From: Sedimentisphaerales bacterium
Lineage (GTDB): Bacteria; Planctomycetota; Phycisphaerae; Sedimentisphaerales; Anaerobacaceae
Direction of reading: 5' to 3'
NCBI GenBank assembly: GCA_963708075.1
Contig: OY970194.1
Coordinates: forward strand, 608,001-672,000
Length of the DNA: 64,000 bases
Shown here: positions 57,437-64,000 of the stretch, one piece after another
Layout: the number at the start of each line of letters is the position of its first letter
How positions within the stretch are numbered: position 1 is the first letter of the stretch
Notes under the pieces: model-generated
Told to the model about the DNA's origin: nothing
Databases searched by the model: none
What the model saw: the letters and a program-made list of their open reading frames with translations, nothing else
Position numbers and translations under genes: made by a program

Positions 57437-59216
57437 ATGTGTTGTGAGAATAAAATGAATGAACTAGGCTTTCGATGGGGGCGGCTGTGCGCCGTGCTGC
57501 TGGTTCTCGCAGTCGGTTCCACACTGCTGGCCCAACCCAACGCCCTGGCGCCGAATCCGGATCCGGGGACAAACGAAGAAGTGATCGATCCCAATGATGC
57601 GCAGGTGGACTTGTCGAACGGCTGTTTCATCAAGTTCATCGCGTTCCGCAAGGATGGGACCATTCGCGATGGACTGCGGCTGCTTGCTGCCCTGTGCAAG
57701 AAGAACATCGTGCCTTCTGCCGGGGTCGAAGGTCTGCTGACCATCAGCAGGCTTTACAACGTCACATTCGAGCAGGCGCTCGCTGCCGTCCTGGGCAATG
57801 GTTTCAAGTATGAGCAGGATGGTGATTTCGTGCGGGTGTACACGGCCGACGAACTCAAGAAGATCAAGGAAGATCCGACACGGATGGTCCATAAAGTGCT
57901 TACGCTGTACTACATCACGGCCGTAGAGGCCAGCAAGCTGATTCAGCCGGTTCTGAGCGGTTCTCCGGAGGCGAAGATCCAGATGACCTCGGCTGCCCAA
58001 AAGACGATCTCGTCCGGGGGCAGTGGGGGCGGCGGTGGCAGCAGCGGTGGCGCCGGCGGCGGATTGACTTCCTCCGGTGGAGGTGGTGACGATTTGGCGC
58101 TCAATGACATGATCGTCATCTACGATTACCCGGAGAACGTGGCCAAGGCAGAAGCCGTGATCCGCGAGGTCGATGTTCGACCGAGACAGGTCCTGGTCGA
58201 AGCGACAGTCATGTCCGTGAAACTGACCGAAGACATGGAGTTCGGAATCGATTGGAACCTGCTCAGCGGTATCCAGGTCGACACGGATAGAATCGTCACC
58301 GGCGACGGCTATGGCACTCCGATCCAGACCGTTGGTTTTACAGGGGAGCGTGGCGGCCGCGGGTTGACCGTAGGTTTCTCTGCGGGCAACGTCCGCGCGG
58401 CCCTCACGGCCCTGGAGGAAATCACCGATACGACCGTGCTCGCCAATCCGAAGATCCTCGCCGTCAATAAGCAGGAAGGTCAGGTCCTGATCGGCAACAA
58501 GATCGGTTATATCAACGCGACGACGCAGAACCAGACCTCGACCACGCAATCGGTGTCCTTCCTGGAGACCGGTACCCGCCTGGTGTTCCGGCCCTACATC
58601 TGCAGCGACGGCTATATCCGCCTGGATATCTATCCGAAGGACAGCGACGGGTTGTTGAAGCCGAATGACATCCCGGATGAGAAGACGACGGAGCTGAAGA
58701 CGAACGTCCTTGTCAAAGACGGGGAAACGGTCATCATCGGCGGTCTGTTCCGCGACAAGGTGGTCGCAAGCAAGGGACAGGTGCCGGTGTTGGGGAATCT
58801 GCCCATCCTCGGCGTTCTGTTCCGCGGCACGAAGGACACGGTGTCACGGGAAGAGGTGGTGGTCATGTTGACGCCTCACATCATCGATGACCCGGCTCAG
58901 ACGGATGCCAAAGATCGCATGGACGATGTGCGTCTCAAACGCGAAGGAGCGAAGCAGTCATTGCTGGGCATCGACACCGGCCGTCTGGCCGAGGACGCCT
59001 ATGCCAGGGCGGCCAAGAACTATCTCGAGGGGAATACGGAGCAGGCGTTGTTTGACGTCAGCTTCGCCCTCATGAATCGGCCGACTTACCTGGAGGCTCT
59101 GCGGCTTCGTGAACGGATTGTGGCCGAGAACCGACCCGGAGGAACTCAAACGCATGAATAGCGTCGTGGTCGAGAAGCTCGATCAGCAGGAGGCTCCTAA
59201 CTGGCGCCGGTATTGA
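57437..59216 (+). CDS. Secretin (GspD/PilQ family) with C-terminal TPR-like tail; frameshift at ~59129
   Basis: QVLVEA, FGIDW, LANPKI, GETVIIGGL, VPVLGNLPILG.LF, LTPHI; removing one base at GAGAACC extends the ORF to a stop at 59216. Confidence 0.88.
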
Positions 59217-59276
59217 TACCGTTGCCGGTGATTAACGGACAGTGAACCTGCAGAAAATGGGTTCGGAGGAGCAGCT

Positions 59277-60725
59277 TTGAAAACCCAGAAAGGCTTGGTC
59301 GGGGTCGCGGTGACTGTCACGGTTGCCTCCATGTTTGTGGCGGTCCTGGCTGAACTGCAGGTCTTTAGCATTGCAGCAGGGGTGCGCAGCCCGGTTTCCG
59401 GGCTGCGCCTTGCCCTGTATGCCGTCGGGGCTGTGGGCGTGATCATCCTCGGCGCGGCCCACTTCCGGCTAGCTGGAGTGGTCACGTCCATAGCCAGACA
59501 GCTTGCCCGGCAGGGATCCGGGCCGTCCGGTGAGGTGAAACTCGCCGGAACAGATGCGTTGTCGGCGGCGATCAGTACCTATGCTGCCGGCCGGGAAGCG
59601 TTTGTCCGCCAGCTCTGTGCGGAACTGGATGATCTTCGGATTCGCACCCGGCTTTCCGAGCGGCAAAAGCGGCACACCGAAGCCATCATTTATAGTCTCC
59701 GGGACGCTGTGGTTGTCGTCGATGAGCAGGATCGCCTGGTCATGGCGAACGAGCCGGCAGCCGGGCTCCTGGGATTCAACGCCGACGGTCGCGGCAAGCC
59801 GATCTCCGACGTTTGCGGCGAAAAGCATCAGGAATTCGTCGAGTTCCTCCGTCAGAGTGCGCAAAGCGGTGTCGAAGGCACTCGCCGGGAGATGGCGTTT
59901 GCCCTGGGGGAACAGCCTCACGTGTTTGACACCATCGTATCCTGTGTGTACGAGGGTCCGAAGGTCTCCGGCGTGGTCGCTGTGCTGCACGACATCACGC
60001 GTGAAAAAGAAATCTCGCAGATGAAGAACGACTTCGTCAGCCACGTCTCCCACGAGCTGAAGACGCCCCTGGCGTCCATCACGGCCTATTCGGAGATGCT
60101 CGTGGACGGCGAGGCGAACGATGAGGAGACCCGCAAGGAATTCTATGGGATTATCCAGACCCAGGCCCAGCGGCTCAACCGGCTCATCGAGGACATCCTG
60201 AACATCTCGCGGATTGAGTCGGGGCTGATCAAGGTCGCCAAAGAGCCCATGAGCCTGGCCATCCTGATCGAGCAGCAGATGAGTATGATCCAAAAATACG
60301 CCGAGGAGAAGAATATCACGGTGACTCGGCAAACGCCTATCATTTTCGACCAGGTATATGCCGACAAGGACATGATTTCCCAGGTGATTGTGAACCTGCT
60401 GAGCAACGCCGTCAAGTACACACCGCCCGGCGGCTCTGTGCAGGTCGTCACGGAAGTGGATGAGGCGGCCGGCCGGGTCAAGGTCACAGTGACCGATACA
60501 GGAGTCGGCATCCCCGAGGAAGAGCTGGAGCACCTCTTCCAAAAGTTCTATCGTGTCGCCGCGAACAACAAACATGCGAAGGGCACGGGCCTGGGCCTAA
60601 ACCTGGTCAAGCAAATCGTCGAAAAAGTGCACAATGGGCGGGTGTTCGTCACCAGCAAGGTGGGAGCAGGCAGCACGTTTGGCTTCGAGCTGCCGCTGGC
60701 TGCCGTCGAAATGGCACCCGCGTAG
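59277..60725 (+). CDS. Membrane PAS-domain sensor histidine kinase
   Basis: 2 TM, PAS, VSHELKTPL, NLLSNAVKY, DTGVGI, GTGLGL. Confidence 0.92.
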   Translation: MKTQKGLVGVAVTVTVASMFVAVLAELQVFSIAAGVRSPVSGLRLALYAVGAVGVIILGAAHFRLAGVVTSIARQLARQGSGPSGEVKLAGTDALSAAISTYAAGREAFVRQLCAELDDLRIRTRLSERQKRHTEAIIYSLRDAVVVVDEQDRLVMANEPAAGLLGFNADGRGKPISDVCGEKHQEFVEFLRQSAQSGVEGTRREMAFALGEQPHVFDTIVSCVYEGPKVSGVVAVLHDITREKEISQMKNDFVSHVSHELKTPLASITAYSEMLVDGEANDEETRKEFYGIIQTQAQRLNRLIEDILNISRIESGLIKVAKEPMSLAILIEQQMSMIQKYAEEKNITVTRQTPIIFDQVYADKDMISQVIVNLLSNAVKYTPPGGSVQVVTEVDEAAGRVKVTVTDTGVGIPEEELEHLFQKFYRVAANNKHAKGTGLGLNLVKQIVEKVHNGRVFVTSKVGAGSTFGFELPLAAVEMAPA

Positions 60726-60798
60726 AATTGTAATTGTACGGACTATTCTGAGGCTGTGGAAGAGAAGAGACCCGAAAGGTGATTTGGGGAGTGAATAC

Positions 60799-61191
60799 AT
60801 GGCGGGCAACAAGGTCCTTATTGCAGACGACGAAATTCACATCATTCATGTGGTCGCGATAAAGTTGCGGAACAACGGCTATGACGTCGTGTCCGCCAAC
60901 AACGGAGCGGAGGCATACGACATGGTCTGCGCCGAGCACCCCGACATCATCGTGACCGACTATCAGATGCCTCTGATGACGGGCGTCGAGATGATCGAGA
61001 AGCTGCGGGCCAACGAGGCCACCAGGCAGATCCCGGTCATTCTGCTGACTGCCCGGAGCTTCGCCATTTCGCAGGAGCAGCAGGAATCACTCGGCGTCTC
61101 CGCGTGCCTGAGCAAACCCTTCAGCCCGAAGGAGCTGCTCAAGAGCATTCAGGACATTCTGTACCAGCGGGAGCTTGCGGTCACGCAGTAG
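60799..61191 (+). CDS. Single-domain response regulator
   Basis: LIADDE, TDYQMP, LTA, KPF; no output domain. Confidence 0.92.
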   Translation: MAGNKVLIADDEIHIIHVVAIKLRNNGYDVVSANNGAEAYDMVCAEHPDIIVTDYQMPLMTGVEMIEKLRANEATRQIPVILLTARSFAISQEQQESLGVSACLSKPFSPKELLKSIQDILYQRELAVTQ

Positions 61192-61254
61192 CCGTGATTG
61201 CGGGCACGGATCACTCGATATGTACGCAATCGACAGGAATTGGTGGAACGGGTT

Positions 61255-62964
61255 ATGCCGAGTGGGATGACGCCAAAGCTGCCTTCGATGCAACTGCGGG
61301 AATTGCAGGCGTTGGGAGAGCGCATCCTCCAGTTCCGCGTCAACTTCGCGGTTGTGGACGCAGGGGGTCAGATTGCCATACTCCTGAACGCGGGAGTGTT
61401 CGACAGCGACGCTCAGGAGATCATCGGTGTGGCCCGGCGCGTGCTCGGGGACACCGCGGATCGCTCCGGCCAGAGCAGTGAGATGCCGGTCTGGCAGTTC
61501 ATGGAAGGCCATCTGTTTCTGGCGGTATCCCTGGCTGCACCGCCGCCGGCGGCGGGTTCTCGCGAGCCGCTGGGCGTGGCCATCGTCGACATGGGTGATC
61601 CATCGCCCTCGCCGGCCAGTCCTGTGCCACTGTCGCAGAGTGGAGTGAACTGTCCTGCAACCGACGCACAGTACCTTGGTGAAATGCTGAGATTGATCGC
61701 CCGGGATTTCCAGACGGCGGCGCGGACAGACGAGCAGATTGAGATGATCGGCACGGAGCTTGCCCGGGTCTATGAGGAGCTGGTGCTGCTCCACAAGGTC
61801 GGCATGAACATGCGGGTCACGGAATCCGATACGAACTTCCTGCAGCTCGCGTGTGACAGCCTGACGGATATCGTGCTCGTCGAGGGGATTGCCATTCTCC
61901 TGGAGAGATACATCGAGGGCGAGAGGAAGCTGGTGATCGCGGCGGGCTCGGGCCTGATTGATATCGACGAGCGGATGGCGGCCGTTCTGCACAGCCGGCT
62001 GATCGACGAGGTGGCCAAGGGCCGGGAAGCCCTGCTCGACAGCGAGGTGGACGCTCCCTTCAAGTTCCACTGGCCGGAGAACATCCGAAACGTCATTGCC
62101 GTGCCGCTGTGTACGAAGGAGAAAAGCGATTCCGGCTTGAGCCATCGAGCCCGCAGCGACGTTGCCGTCATCGGCCTGATGGTCGCCGTGAACCGCATCG
62201 ATAAACCGGACTTCGATAGTACGGACATCAAGCTGTTTACCTCTGTCGCCAGCGGCTGCGCGGTCTTCATCGATAACGGCCGGCTGTTCCGCGACCTCAA
62301 GGAGCTGTTCGTCGGCTCGCTCAAAGCCCTGACCAGCAGCATCGATGCCAAGGACCAGTACACCCGTGGTCATTCGGAGCGCGTTGCGCTGATCTCCCGG
62401 TGGATTGCCGAGAGGATGGCCGAGCGACAGCCGCTGGATGAGGAGCAAATCCACAGGATCTACCTCGCCGGCCTGCTCCACGACATCGGGAAGATCGGGA
62501 TCGATGAGCAGGTGCTGCGCAAGAACGGCAAGCTGACGCCCGAGGAGCGCGAGTGCATTCAGCGCCATCCATGCATCGGGGCCAGCATTCTGCGTGGAAT
62601 CAAGCAGATGCGCGACATTGTCTCGGGTGTCCTGTGCCACCACGAGCGGGTGGACGGGACAGGGTACCCGGACGGACTGCACGGCGACGAGATTCCGCTG
62701 ACCGGCAAGATCGTCGGTCTGGCGGACAGCTTCGATGCCATGACGTCCCGGCGAGTCTACCGCGATGCCTTGAGCATTGAGCACGCGCTCGAGGAGATCC
62801 GGCGGGGACTGGGCACCCAGTTTGACGAGACGGTGGGGACCGTGTTCCTCGAAAGCGATGTCCACAGCCTGTGGGAGCTGATCCAGGACGGCAGCGCTCA
62901 GATCTACGGAGCGGCGGACCTCGCCGATTATGGGGCGGACGCCGTGGGGACCCTCCTGCGATGA
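61255..62964 (+). CDS. GAF + HD-GYP phosphodiesterase
   Basis: DAKDQYTRGHSERV, LLHDIGK, HHERVDGTGYP, ADSFDAM; GAF 'IAVPL...IGLMVAVNR'. Confidence 0.92.
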   Translation: MPSGMTPKLPSMQLRELQALGERILQFRVNFAVVDAGGQIAILLNAGVFDSDAQEIIGVARRVLGDTADRSGQSSEMPVWQFMEGHLFLAVSLAAPPPAAGSREPLGVAIVDMGDPSPSPASPVPLSQSGVNCPATDAQYLGEMLRLIARDFQTAARTDEQIEMIGTELARVYEELVLLHKVGMNMRVTESDTNFLQLACDSLTDIVLVEGIAILLERYIEGERKLVIAAGSGLIDIDERMAAVLHSRLIDEVAKGREALLDSEVDAPFKFHWPENIRNVIAVPLCTKEKSDSGLSHRARSDVAVIGLMVAVNRIDKPDFDSTDIKLFTSVASGCAVFIDNGRLFRDLKELFVGSLKALTSSIDAKDQYTRGHSERVALISRWIAERMAERQPLDEEQIHRIYLAGLLHDIGKIGIDEQVLRKNGKLTPEERECIQRHPCIGASILRGIKQMRDIVSGVLCHHERVDGTGYPDGLHGDEIPLTGKIVGLADSFDAMTSRRVYRDALSIEHALEEIRRGLGTQFDETVGTVFLESDVHSLWELIQDGSAQIYGAADLADYGADAVGTLLR

Positions 62965-63296
62965 GAATCAATACACAGAACTACAATGCCGTGACGGTCA
63001 TCGATCTCCAGGGCGAGATTGATGGGGACCTTGCCGACTCCCTGAAGAATACCGTGTGCGAGATCGTCTCGAAACGGCGGACAGGTGTTGTTCTGAACAT
63101 GAGTGACGTTGGCTTCATCGACAGCCTGGGCCTTGAGTTGCTGCTCTGGGTGCGTGATTACTGCCGGCGGAACAAGACTCAGCTCCGGCTCGCAGCACTC
63201 AACGAGAACTGCGAGAAGATCCTGGAAATCACGCGCCTGGAGAACGAATTCGACCGCCATACAGAACTGGCGGAGGCGGTCAAGAGCTTTGCATGA
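62961..63296 (+). CDS. STAS domain protein (anti-sigma factor antagonist-like)
   Basis: LQGEID, FIDSLGL, ILEITRL; ATGA overlap with the HD-GYP gene. Confidence 0.9.
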   Translation: MRINTQNYNAVTVIDLQGEIDGDLADSLKNTVCEIVSKRRTGVVLNMSDVGFIDSLGLELLLWVRDYCRRNKTQLRLAALNENCEKILEITRLENEFDRHTELAEAVKSFA

Positions 63297-63330
63297 TGCC
63301 GGAAAACGATCGGGCTCGGTGAGGTAGGGT

Positions 63331-64000
63331 ATGAGTCAGGTTCTGCTCGAAACCAAGATGCAGCTCGGCCAGTTACTACTGGCCCGGGGCGTCGTCACTC
63401 AGGAGCAGATCGATAAGGCCCTGGCTGAGCAGCGGGACAAGGGCCATCGCAAGCTGCTTGGTGAGCTGCTCATCGAGATGGGCTACTGCACCGAGAACCA
63501 GATCGCCTCGGCGCTGGCGGAAGCCTACGGCGTACCGTATGCCCAGGTGAGCCCGAAAATCTGCGATGCGAAGGTCGTGGAGATCCTGCCTCGCGAGTTC
63601 GTCGAAGCGCACATCGTTTTGCCCCTGTTCAGAGTGCACAGCACGCTGACCGTGGCCGTCAGCGAGCCGTCCAACGTCTTCCTGATCGATGAGATCGAGC
63701 GAATCAGCGGATGCAAGGTCCAGGTCGTTTGCTCGACGACGAAGGACATCAGGGCCACGCTCCAGACGCACCTGCCGGCGGCGAACGTCTTCGTGATCGA
63801 CGATATCCTCGATGAGGAGGGACTCGAAGAATTCACGCTCATCGAGAACATCACACAGGACATCAGCAATCTGGAGGAGGTGGCGGGTCAGTCGCCGGTG
63901 GTCAAGCTGGTCAACTACCTGCTCTACAATGCCGTGCGGGAGAACGCCAGCGACATCCACATCGAGCCGGACGACAAGAAGCTTCGCGTCCGTTACCGCG
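63331..64000 (+). CDS. GspE/PilB assembly ATPase with MshEN-like N-terminus (partial)
   Basis: Read manually: MSQVLLETKMQLGQLLLARGVVTQEQIDKALAEQ...LLGELLIEMG...SPVVKLVN...ASDIHIEP...RVRYR. Confidence 0.9.
   Translation, partial: MSQVLLETKMQLGQLLLARGVVTQEQIDKALAEQRDKGHRKLLGELLIEMGYCTENQIASALAEAYGVPYAQVSPKICDAKVVEILPREFVEAHIVLPLFRVHSTLTVAVSEPSNVFLIDEIERISGCKVQVVCSTTKDIRATLQTHLPAANVFVIDDILDEEGLEEFTLIENITQDISNLEEVAGQSPVVKLVNYLLYNAVRENASDIHIEPDDKKLRVRYR

Noticed and set aside
58010..58090. GGC-rich low-complexity tract as a DNA repeat element
   Set aside because: It encodes an in-frame Gly/Ser loop, common in secretin N3 domains

Overview
GC-rich (about 60%) bacterial chromosomal window, most likely from an anaerobic Planctomycetota (Phycisphaerae/Sedimentisphaerales-like). 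That assignment is inferred from the GLUG+dockerin-like protein, the 'LIGHWKLDE' LamG domain, the PurS-PurL fusion and the TsaC-phosphatase fusion. It holds about 59 genes: sugar-utilisation enzymes, mutY, an aryl-acid cluster (paaI, porin, iorAB, 2x paaK-ACT), housekeeping genes (truB, folB, purQ/L, tyrA, accA, rpiB, ltaE, nagA, fprA, argH, thiL, tsaE), and a ~1000-aa Gln-rich protein with 8 BON domains. From 49.3 kb to the end lies a type IV filament (T4P/T2SS-like) locus: six pilin-like genes, one carrying a circularly permuted LamG domain, then PilMNOP, a secretin, and a kinase/receiver/HD-GYP/STAS cassette directly ahead of an MshEN-like assembly ATPase. Six frameshifts interrupt five genes. 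Three fall at the identical 7-mer GAGAACC, which suggests a motif-specific (possibly methylation-linked) sequencing artefact rather than true pseudogenes. Five heptamer-repeat arrays sit at start codons. No tRNA, rRNA, CRISPR array or transposase was recognised.
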